Shown piece by piece: positions 47,824 through 56,399 of a DNA stretch of 64,000 nucleotides (its first letter is position 1; each line of letters starts with the position of its first letter). A program made the position numbers and the translations under genes. The notes below the pieces were generated by a model that ran no database searches, was not told the origin of the DNA, and was given only the letters and a program-made list of their open reading frames with translations. This DNA is from an uncultured Gammaproteobacteria bacterium (lineage in GTDB: Bacteria > Patescibacteriota > Microgenomatia > Daviesbacterales > UBA10151), in contig CAZJNI010000005.1 of NCBI GenBank assembly GCA_964547465.1, positions 7,020-71,019 of the forward strand. The letters run 5' to 3'.

Positions 47824-48957
47824 TTATACCTTATTTTTACTAATTAATTCCAAAATTTCCTTTTTAAACCTTTCTTTGGAAAATTTTTCAGCCTGTTTGC
47901 GGCAATCTTCCGGATTAAAATCTTTTGGATCAAACTTTTGTAAAGTATCCATCAAAGCATCAACTGTAACTTGTCCTGACCCACCATATAATAGTCCTGT
48001 TGCCTGATCAATCACTGTTTCCAAAAATCCACCAGATGCCGGAGCAATGACCGGAGTCCCTGCAGCCTGGGCCTCAATTGAGGTAATCCCAAAATCCTCA
48101 TCTTCTGAGGCTACAATTAAAGCTTTTGCATTTTGCAGCAGCTTTACCCTTTCTGCATCACTGACCCATCCTAAAAAGTTGGTAGTTGGTAGTTTGTAGT
48201 TAGTAGCAAGCTTCTTTAGATTTTCCAGCTCCGGACCTGTGCCAGCAACCATAAGATTCAAACCCAATTTCCCGCATGCTTCAACTATCACCTCTACCCC
48301 TTTTCCTCTTACTAGTCTGCTTAATACCAAAAAATGATCTTTCTTTCCCTTACTACTTACTACTTTATACCTACTACTAATTTCCACCGGCGGATAAATC
48401 ACCATACTATCCCGTCTGTAAAACTTTTGTATTCTGGCAGCAATATTTTTAGAATTTGCCGCTAAAATATCTGGCCTTTGAGAAGTTTCAAAGTCATAAA
48501 TTCTTAAGATGTGATTTACTAATTCTCCTAAAATATGAGTTATTGGATTCTTTTTATAATTAAAAGAAGTGGTAAACCCGTATAAATATCTTGGTGGAGT
48601 GTGAATGTAGCTTATGTGTAAGCTACCGGGTTTGGTGATAACTGCCTTGGAAAAGTAAATACTACATGAGGAAATTACCAAATCATATTCTGATAAATCA
48701 AAACTCTCAAACATCATCGGAGCAAATAAACGGAAAGGTGATAAAAGTCTTTCTGCAAATGGAAAATGCTGAAACCAGGAAGTCTTAATGTTCCAATCCT
48801 TAAATCTTTTCCCATTCTCACCCATGGAGTCTAAATTTACAAAAGAGGTGTACAAAGGAGCATCTGGAAAAATCTCATGTAAAGCTTCCAAAACTCTCTC
48901 TGCACCACCATACTCCTTCAGATAATCATGCGTCAGAGCTACTTTTAAATTTTTCAT
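47824..48957 (-). CDS. GT4 glycosyltransferase
   Basis: HDYL...GGAERVL; EDFGI..IEAQAAG.PVI. Confidence 0.9.
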   Translation of the reverse strand: MKNLKVALTHDYLKEYGGAERVLEALHEIFPDAPLYTSFVNLDSMGENGKRFKDWNIKTSWFQHFPFAERLLSPFRLFAPMMFESFDLSEYDLVISSCSIYFSKAVITKPGSLHISYIHTPPRYLYGFTTSFNYKKNPITHILGELVNHILRIYDFETSQRPDILAANSKNIAARIQKFYRRDSMVIYPPVEISSRYKVVSSKGKKDHFLVLSRLVRGKGVEVIVEACGKLGLNLMVAGTGPELENLKKLATNYKLPTTNFLGWVSDAERVKLLQNAKALIVASEDEDFGITSIEAQAAGTPVIAPASGGFLETVIDQATGLLYGGSGQVTVDALMDTLQKFDPKDFNPEDCRKQAEKFSKERFKKEILELISKNKV

Positions 48958-48965
48958 AAAATTTA

Positions 48966-48985
48966 CCCTGAGCGAAGTCGAAGGG
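48966..48985. repeat. Short REP-like hairpin
   Basis: ccctgagcgaagtcgaaggg. Confidence 0.5.
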
Positions 48986-48994
48986 CAACTTTAA

Positions 48995-49807
48995 TTAAAT
49001 TCCTTTCACCATTTCAATCACCTGTTCAAAAGAAAGGCTGGTTTTTTGAGAATCAGGGGAGGAACCAGAACCGCAAATTAAAATATGGTGGGAATGATGC
49101 AGGAACCAGCCTGCTTTTATATCAACCTCTTTTAATTTTTCATACACAGGTTCTAAATCCAAATCATTTCTGGGTGTAAAAAATTGTACATATCCTGTTT
49201 TTGGTCCCATAATTAAAAATAAATCCCCACCCTTTTTTTTACAAAAAGGCCTGTCAACTTTATCTGATAAAACTGCGTAGGATTTACCAAAACTAGTTTC
49301 AAACTCTTCTTTCTTCTGCCAATCCAGCTCTGCCTCCTCATCATCTTTTACAACATTTAAGATCCTATCCAAAATTTCCGCTCCCAGTTCTGTTGATTTA
49401 CCTGAAGTTTTAGCGTCATTATCCTTAAGTCTGATAAATGCCGGAATGTTAAATTGATCAAAATCTTCCTGGGGCAGCCTTCCTGTATCATCCAGCCTGA
49501 CCCATTCAACAATCCTGTTGTATGCTTTTTTTTCAGTCTCATCTTTAGGTGAAAGTGAGGAGGAGATTACATCTTTCCAAACCAAAGATGTTGCACACTC
49601 ATTAATATCACCTTTATGCTCGTCAAACTTGCCCCTACCTACCCCAAAGTAGACTTTATCATCTGAATTCTCTAAACCCTTGTTCCCTTCTTCCGCAGAG
49701 ATAAATTCAAGATGAGCACCCATAAATTCCGGATGGAATTTTTTAAAAAGCCAAATTGCAGCAATATCATCTAAATGCGGGTTAATATGAGTTACTAGTG
49801 TCTTCAT
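48995..49807 (-). CDS. DHH/MYG1-like hypothetical hydrolase
   Basis: VTHINPHLDD; GKFDEH. Confidence 0.55.
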   Translation of the reverse strand: MKTLVTHINPHLDDIAAIWLFKKFHPEFMGAHLEFISAEEGNKGLENSDDKVYFGVGRGKFDEHKGDINECATSLVWKDVISSSLSPKDETEKKAYNRIVEWVRLDDTGRLPQEDFDQFNIPAFIRLKDNDAKTSGKSTELGAEILDRILNVVKDDEEAELDWQKKEEFETSFGKSYAVLSDKVDRPFCKKKGGDLFLIMGPKTGYVQFFTPRNDLDLEPVYEKLKEVDIKAGWFLHHSHHILICGSGSSPDSQKTSLSFEQVIEMVKGI

Positions 49808-49810
49808 GTT

Positions 49811-50737
49811 ATGATGAAGTATATCATGATTATAGCCAAAAAACTCCTTTTCGCTCCTTTATTTTTAATAGTATTTGTCATACTGCTTTCTCAACTTTCC
49901 CTTATTTTTAAATCCTATGATTTAATTTTTTCTCTATCTTTACAAACTTTTATGCAGCTGATTATTATTTCAATCCTAATAACCCTGGCCAGTTTTTCAT
50001 TTATATTATTTGCAACTCTTTGTCTGGATTGGAAATTAATCTTGCCTACTGCAGCATTAGCATCTTTAATCCCTATGCTATTTTTTGAACCCTCTTTAGG
50101 GTTAATATTTAGCGTTGGGAGTTTGGTAACTATGATATTGGTTTTTGCAGGTTTGGAAAATACTATGAAAAGCTATCTGACATTCAAACCATTTTCTCTT
50201 TTAGGTCCATCTATTAGACTATTGTCTACTTTTTTAATTCTGGTAATTTCCATTACATATTTTTTATCAGTAAATAAAATAGTTTCAGAAAAAGGCTTTC
50301 AAATCCCTGATTCGCTAATTGATACTGCGCTAAATTTAACTAACCAGACTGGATCAAATAAACAGGAAACTCAAAGCCCTCTACCCTCTCTTACTCAAGA
50401 ACAAATAGATCTTTTAAAGAAAAACCCTGATCTTTTAAGACAATCTGGTCTGGATCCTAAAATTCTGGATACCCTAAACTCCCCAAAATCCCAAAACCCC
50501 ACAAATGATCTAATCAAACAAACAGTTAAAGATCAGCTTCAAAATTTCCTGAAACCATATTTAGGTTTTATTCCAGCCTTATTGGCTGTACTTTTATTCT
50601 TAACCCTCCAATCTCTAACTTCAATCATCAACCTTCTAATCTATCCCTTACTTTGGATAACTTTTTATATTTTAGAAAAAACAGGATTTATTAAATTTAC
50701 AACTGAAATGAGACCAGTTAAAAAAATGATTGTTTAA
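49811..50737 (+). CDS. Multi-pass membrane protein
   Basis: Several hydrophobic helices. Confidence 0.7.
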   Translation: MMKYIMIIAKKLLFAPLFLIVFVILLSQLSLIFKSYDLIFSLSLQTFMQLIIISILITLASFSFILFATLCLDWKLILPTAALASLIPMLFFEPSLGLIFSVGSLVTMILVFAGLENTMKSYLTFKPFSLLGPSIRLLSTFLILVISITYFLSVNKIVSEKGFQIPDSLIDTALNLTNQTGSNKQETQSPLPSLTQEQIDLLKKNPDLLRQSGLDPKILDTLNSPKSQNPTNDLIKQTVKDQLQNFLKPYLGFIPALLAVLLFLTLQSLTSIINLLIYPLLWITFYILEKTGFIKFTTEMRPVKKMIV

Positions 50738-51744
50738 AAATAACCTCTCAATGCTTGCTCTGGCCAAGTTTTTGGCCTGAAGTCAAACACCTCTCCGGAA
50801 CTGTCTAGATATTTTCTTGTAAATATTTCAGTCATTTGAGTGGTTTCAATAAACTGCTCAACAAATACTCTTGCAACAATATTAGTCGTTGATGAAGGCA
50901 TAGAAATAGCAGGCAAATTTGGAGATACTGCATTTACCCAACCAACAAATTCTTCCAAAAATCCTCCTACAGCTGTATCAGAAATTTCAGGTGCAACTAA
51001 GTCAATTACCTTAAATCCATATTTTACTGCCCTTTTTCTAACTTCCTCGGTCTGCCTCATTTTTGAATAAGCAATTGGCCAATAAAAGGCGGGACCAGGA
51101 TAAATATATTTTGCAGTTCTGGGACTAACATCGGCAGAAAATGGACTTGCTAACATACCAACTACGGAAAGGTGATCTATATGACCTCTTGCTATTAATT
51201 CATCAAGTATTAGCGTGTGAGCAATACAATTTGATTGCATAGCAGGTCTTACCTTTTCATCAGCGGTGTAATTTCGCCATAATTTTTCTGTTACCTCTAT
51301 AAGCATTTCTTGTGTTAACGGATGAGCTGCAGAAGCATTCCTTATATCTTTTAAGTCCCTAGCTAATGAAAGCTTATATTTATTTATCCCCTCTGCTGCT
51401 ATTGGTACATGATGCACTGGCTCTCCCGGGACTAGATTAAACCTATCAACAAGAGCTCTTGCTTTTTCAGAGGTATCAATTTTCCCAAGGTCTCCTCTAG
51501 CTACAAGTGGCCTTATTCCCGTTTTAGATTCTACTGTATCTTGAAAATTAGTTATTCTGTCATCTGAATTAACTTTTACCTTTTCACCTGTATCAGGGTC
51601 TTCTATAATCTTTTCTACTTCACGTATTAAAACAAGCGGAACCAACTTATGCTGGGCAAATTCTATTACTGCTGGCAGACCGGTTGCACCTGTTCCACCT
51701 GTAACAACAACTTTTCTCTCAAGGGCTTCTGTACTTGCTATCAT
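50734..51744 (-). CDS. Divergent SDR/Rossmann oxidoreductase
   Basis: VVVTGGTGATG; Y-x6-K (YWPIAYSK). Confidence 0.55.
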   Translation of the reverse strand: MIASTEALERKVVVTGGTGATGLPAVIEFAQHKLVPLVLIREVEKIIEDPDTGEKVKVNSDDRITNFQDTVESKTGIRPLVARGDLGKIDTSEKARALVDRFNLVPGEPVHHVPIAAEGINKYKLSLARDLKDIRNASAAHPLTQEMLIEVTEKLWRNYTADEKVRPAMQSNCIAHTLILDELIARGHIDHLSVVGMLASPFSADVSPRTAKYIYPGPAFYWPIAYSKMRQTEEVRKRAVKYGFKVIDLVAPEISDTAVGGFLEEFVGWVNAVSPNLPAISMPSSTTNIVARVFVEQFIETTQMTEIFTRKYLDSSGEVFDFRPKTWPEQALRGYF

Positions 51745-51810
51745 AATTAAGATGCAGTTTTACACAATATAGGGTATAAAAGTCAAGAATGTGATATAAA
51801 GTATCCTAAT

Positions 51811-53322
51811 ATGACTCTGGTCGCAGGAGCTGAAAGAATTAGAGGCGGCGCTATGGGGCTTTTTATAACTAATGATTTATTACCCCGCGCAATATCTTTA
51901 ACTGGAGGAATGGGAATGACCTCTATTGAAGGAATTGATCATATTTTAGCCAGGCTACTGCAAAGAGGAGATCCCACAGGCAGTATATTAAGAACAGTAG
52001 ATGAATTTGAGGATAGATTTGATGCTCATGAACTATCAGACTATGTTAGAAGTCTTTATGTGCCCGGAGGAATCCCAAAAGGCCAACCTTACCGGCAGCT
52101 GCCTATGTTTGGAATCAATCCAGACAAACGGATAGAAGGTCTTAATGTTTTTGGAGGATACTGGATTGTCAGGGCTGCAAAAATGGGCAGATACTTAAAA
52201 GGTCCTGAAGTAAAAATTGCCGCTAATAAGCTCGAAGAGGTCCAAACTCCGGTTATGGCTGTAACTTTTGGAGTAATGCTGGCCGGTGGAGATGAAATAG
52301 AAATCAGTGCCGGTTTACCTTTTCAAATGCGGGAGAATATCAAAAAGTTGTGCGCTTTAGAATCTGTCAAATATGATCTTACTGTTCACCATGGGACCGA
52401 TGAAAGAAAAGAAGATTTTAAAAGATATATGGTCCGTTTTAATCCCAAAAATCATATTGGCCGTCTTGACCATGACCTTAAAGAACCCAGAATAACCGGA
52501 GTTGCATCTTCTAATTTTGCTGTAAAGATCTTGACAGATAGCAAAAGACACCCTAACGCTATAGATCAGCTTAAAGTAGAACTTCCTCAAAAAACCGGGG
52601 GGCATAGTACAAAACCACGCGATATTGCATATAACGAGAGAGGCGAATATCAATATGGTCCAAGAGATGAAATAGATTTAGAATTGGTTATAAGGTTAAC
52701 CAGGGACATTGGTATCCCTGTCACATTGGCCGGAGGATTTTCTACCCCGGAAGCAGTCAAAGGAGCCATTGAATTAGGTGCTGATAGTGTTACAGTTGCA
52801 ACCCCATTTCAGTATTGTATGGAATCCGGCCTCCCGCAAAATGTGAAACGAGCGATTATTAATCAGGCTTCAAAGGGAAATCTGGATGTTTATAACGACC
52901 CAAGAATCTCTCCCACCTATTATGCTTTTAGGGTTGATAGAAATATTGAAGGGGTACCTAGTATAGGAGATACTGATGTATATGAGGACTGGAGTGCAAA
53001 TCATAGATCCTGCACAATTGGACGGCTTAGAGAACGTACTACTCACAATGGAAGATTAACCTGGATATGTAAAGCTGAACCTGTTGAAGATTATATCCGG
53101 AAGGGAGGAAAAACCGAAGATACTGTGGGTGCAGGGTGTCTTTGTGAAAACCTACTTTCCGCTATAGATTTAGGTCAAACTCATAAAGACGGTTATGAAG
53201 TGCCCCCTTTATATAGTTCCGGGACTGAACAGGGACAGTATTTTTTACCTGAAGTTTTACGCGGAAGAAACTCATATACAGCCAAAGATGTTGTTGAATT
53301 TTTAGTATCAGGGTTAAGATAA
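51811..53322 (+). CDS. Nitronate monooxygenase/FabK-like FMN oxidoreductase
   Basis: GGAMG; TGGH; IPVTLAGG; LGADSV.V.T.F..C.ESG; Cys-rich tail. Confidence 0.75.
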   Translation: MTLVAGAERIRGGAMGLFITNDLLPRAISLTGGMGMTSIEGIDHILARLLQRGDPTGSILRTVDEFEDRFDAHELSDYVRSLYVPGGIPKGQPYRQLPMFGINPDKRIEGLNVFGGYWIVRAAKMGRYLKGPEVKIAANKLEEVQTPVMAVTFGVMLAGGDEIEISAGLPFQMRENIKKLCALESVKYDLTVHHGTDERKEDFKRYMVRFNPKNHIGRLDHDLKEPRITGVASSNFAVKILTDSKRHPNAIDQLKVELPQKTGGHSTKPRDIAYNERGEYQYGPRDEIDLELVIRLTRDIGIPVTLAGGFSTPEAVKGAIELGADSVTVATPFQYCMESGLPQNVKRAIINQASKGNLDVYNDPRISPTYYAFRVDRNIEGVPSIGDTDVYEDWSANHRSCTIGRLRERTTHNGRLTWICKAEPVEDYIRKGGKTEDTVGAGCLCENLLSAIDLGQTHKDGYEVPPLYSSGTEQGQYFLPEVLRGRNSYTAKDVVEFLVSGLR

Positions 53323-55515
53323 TTTTAACTTTTCCATCTCCCCCCAATTTGGGCCTGTTTTTAGATCCACAACCACCGGCACAGATAACTTCAGGGCATT
53401 TTCCATTTTTTCTTTGACCATTTTGGCTATTTCTTCTACCTGTTTTGGGTTACATTCAAAAAGCAGTTCATCATGAATCTGTAAAACGAGGGAGCACCCT
53501 TCTGTCATCCCGGACTTGATCCGGGATCCATGTGATTCTTTATTTGTATAGATTCCCGCCTTCGCGGGAATGACAGAGGAAATTTCCACCATTGCCTTCT
53601 TAATCATATCCGCAGCTGTTCCCTGAACAGGATGATTAATGGCAGCCCGCTCACCAGCTGCTTTTATCATATGGTTGGCAATCTTAAGCTCCGGAATATA
53701 TCTTTTTCTGCCCCATAAAGTTTCTACATAGCCATTCTCGTAGCCAAATTCCAATGTTTTCTGCATCCACTCCCGCACTTTGGGGAATTGTTCAAAATAT
53801 TCAGCTATATATTGGCGCGCCAGCTCATATTCCACTCCCAGCTGGCGTGACAGCGCATGAGGGCCTTGGCCATAAAGAGTGGCAAAATTCATGGTTTTAC
53901 CCACATTTCTTTGCTGCTTAGTCACTTTATCCAAAGGGACTTTAAAAATCTTAGCTGCTGTGGCTGTGTGAATATCTATACCAGACTCAAATGCACGTTT
54001 TAAGCCTGGATCATCGGCCAAATGAGCCATAATCCGAAGCTCGATTTGTGAATAATCAGCTCCAAGTAAAACTTTACCCTTTGGAGCCACAAAAGCCTTG
54101 CGCATCTCACCACCCAACTCACCTTTAATTGGAATATTTTGTAAATTAGGATCTTTGGAAGATAGCCTGCCTGTAGCAGCTCCTTCTACATTAAAAGTGG
54201 AATGAATCCTTCCGTCTTTTGCATATTTAGGCAAAGCATCAATATAGGTAGAAACCAGTTTAAAAAGCTGGCGGTATTCCAGCAAAAGTGGAATTACAGG
54301 ATGAGCTGGAGCTAATTCATGTAACGTGGCTTCATCTGTAGATCTGCCTGTTTTGGTTTTTCGAAAAACCGGTAAATTTAGCTCATCAAAAAGTATAACT
54401 TGAAGTTGCTTTGGGCTGTTGATATTAAACTGATGTCCTACTTTTGAGTAAATATCTTTCTCTAACTTGATTAATTTAACCTTCATCTCTTTACCAAACT
54501 TAGCTAAAAACTTCAAATCAACAGCTATTCCGGTTGCAGTCATTTTCTGCAAAACTTTTTCAACCTCTTTGTCTAAATCTGAGGTTACACCTCCGAGGTG
54601 TGAACTTGACGTCTCCTTGACTTCACCTCGGAGGTGAGTACCAGGAATCCTTGCAATTAAGCTTTTAAACTCCAGCTCTTCAAATAGCTTAACTACTTTA
54701 TCTTTATCAAAATCATGAACCACACAGGCGGCAAAATCCAGCTTGATTGGAGCCTTAAGATCTAAGGTGGCCAGTTTTTTACTCATCACAGCAGATTCTG
54801 CACCTTCGGATAAAAGAGTTTGCATTCTTTCTGGCAAAGTTTTCAGGTTCTCAACTTTATAAATCTCTTCAATTGGACCAAACTGGTGTATTAATTTGGT
54901 AGCCGAAACATCACCAATCCCCGCCACCCCCGGAATATTATCTGATTGATCTCCTGCCAGCGCTTTGTAGTCAACCAGTTGACTGGGCATAAAGCCATAT
55001 TTGGCCACAAACTCCTCTTCCCCATAAAGTCCCACATCAGATAAAGTTTTCTTGGGCATAAAGACCTTAATCCTTTCATTAATCAGCTGCATAATATCCC
55101 TATCTCCTGTCACAATAATAGTTTGTAGTTTGTAGTTGGTAGTTGGTAGTTTGGTTGCCTGCACTGCAAGTGTTCCTATTAAATCATCTGCTTCAAAACC
55201 TGCCAGTTTAAATTCTGGAATATTAAATGCTTTAACCACTTCGTGTACCCTTTTATACTGACCTGACAGTGCCTCATCTGCCGGACCTCTGGTGGCTTTA
55301 TACTGGGTATACGCCTGGTGTCTGAATGTTGGGCCTTTTTCATCCCAGGTAACAGCCAGATAATCAGGCTTTAACTCATCAATTACTTTTAAAACCATCG
55401 AGGAAAAACCATAAACCGCATTAACCAGTTCACCTTTGCTGGTTGTAAAAGGAGGAGTAGCATGATAAGCCCGATGCAGCAGGGCATTTCCATCTACTAA
55501 AACCAGTCTTTTCAT
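53314..55515 (-). CDS. polA: DNA polymerase I, lacking the 3'-5' exonuclease domain
   Basis: LVDGNALLHRAYHA; TGRLSS..PNLQNIP; ADYSQIELR; QIHDEL; only 733 aa. Confidence 0.95.
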   Translation of the reverse strand: MKRLVLVDGNALLHRAYHATPPFTTSKGELVNAVYGFSSMVLKVIDELKPDYLAVTWDEKGPTFRHQAYTQYKATRGPADEALSGQYKRVHEVVKAFNIPEFKLAGFEADDLIGTLAVQATKLPTTNYKLQTIIVTGDRDIMQLINERIKVFMPKKTLSDVGLYGEEEFVAKYGFMPSQLVDYKALAGDQSDNIPGVAGIGDVSATKLIHQFGPIEEIYKVENLKTLPERMQTLLSEGAESAVMSKKLATLDLKAPIKLDFAACVVHDFDKDKVVKLFEELEFKSLIARIPGTHLRGEVKETSSSHLGGVTSDLDKEVEKVLQKMTATGIAVDLKFLAKFGKEMKVKLIKLEKDIYSKVGHQFNINSPKQLQVILFDELNLPVFRKTKTGRSTDEATLHELAPAHPVIPLLLEYRQLFKLVSTYIDALPKYAKDGRIHSTFNVEGAATGRLSSKDPNLQNIPIKGELGGEMRKAFVAPKGKVLLGADYSQIELRIMAHLADDPGLKRAFESGIDIHTATAAKIFKVPLDKVTKQQRNVGKTMNFATLYGQGPHALSRQLGVEYELARQYIAEYFEQFPKVREWMQKTLEFGYENGYVETLWGRKRYIPELKIANHMIKAAGERAAINHPVQGTAADMIKKAMVEISSVIPAKAGIYTNKESHGSRIKSGMTEGCSLVLQIHDELLFECNPKQVEEIAKMVKEKMENALKLSVPVVVDLKTGPNWGEMEKLKLS
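53504..53574. repeat. GTCA palindromic doublet (ATTCCC-N8-GGGAAT type) in frame in polA
   Basis: Encodes VIPAKAGIYTNKESHGSRIKSGMT between motif 5 and motif C. Confidence 0.9.
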
Positions 55516-55559
55516 AATTTATGGCTAGATTGTAGCATTATCTGTTAAACTAATTCCAT

Positions 55560-56384
55560 ATGAGTAGAAAATACTTTACTTCTTTTGACGGGGCAAAAAT
55601 TTATTATCATAAAACTGAAAAAGACAAGAATAAGTGGCTAATATTTTTACATGGGTTAGGAGGAGATTTAACCGGTTGGAAAAAAGAAAGAGGTTATTTT
55701 AGTAAAAAAGGATTCTCAACAATTGCCATGGATTTAAGGGGTCATGGCCTATCTGAAAGAAGAGAAAATAAAAATTTTTATAAGTTTGAAAACTTTGCCA
55801 AAGATGTGGAAAGCTTAATCCGGCAAGAGAAAATAACTGATGCGGTCATTATTGGTCATTGCCTGGGTGGGATTATCTCCATGTATTTTCAAGCCCAATT
55901 CCCAAATCAATCCAAGGCTTTGGTGTTAATTGATACAAGCTACAAACCGGCTTTTTTTGGGAAAAATTTCATCCCCAAGGTTTTAATGAATAAGATGATT
56001 GATCTTTTACTGACAGTGTCCTCTATCAAAAAAGCTTCAGGTCATGAAAAAGATGACCAGTTTGTTGGCACAAATGATATTGATTTAAGAAGACTTTTAT
56101 CAGATATCCTGCATACTTCCTTAAAAAGCTATCTGCTGGTTTTCAAAAGCATGGTAAATCTGGATGCCGAGGATATTTTAAAAAAAATCCTGGTCCCAAC
56201 CCTGGTGATAGAGGGCAGTAAAGACACAATTTTCCCGCCTAATTTGGCAGAAGATCTAAGCAAAAGAATCAAAAAATCCTATCTGCAGTTTGTTGAGGGA
56301 GCAAATCATATAATTGTTCTAAATAATCCTTATGATCTGGAGCAATCTATATTTGATTTTCTTAAAAAAATTAATTTTGTTTAA
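55560..56384 (+). CDS. Alpha/beta hydrolase
   Basis: FLHG; DLRGHG.S; GHCLGG; G.KD; ANH. Confidence 0.85.
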   Translation: MSRKYFTSFDGAKIYYHKTEKDKNKWLIFLHGLGGDLTGWKKERGYFSKKGFSTIAMDLRGHGLSERRENKNFYKFENFAKDVESLIRQEKITDAVIIGHCLGGIISMYFQAQFPNQSKALVLIDTSYKPAFFGKNFIPKVLMNKMIDLLLTVSSIKKASGHEKDDQFVGTNDIDLRRLLSDILHTSLKSYLLVFKSMVNLDAEDILKKILVPTLVIEGSKDTIFPPNLAEDLSKRIKKSYLQFVEGANHIIVLNNPYDLEQSIFDFLKKINFV

Positions 56385-56399
56385 AGCATATTAAGCTAG

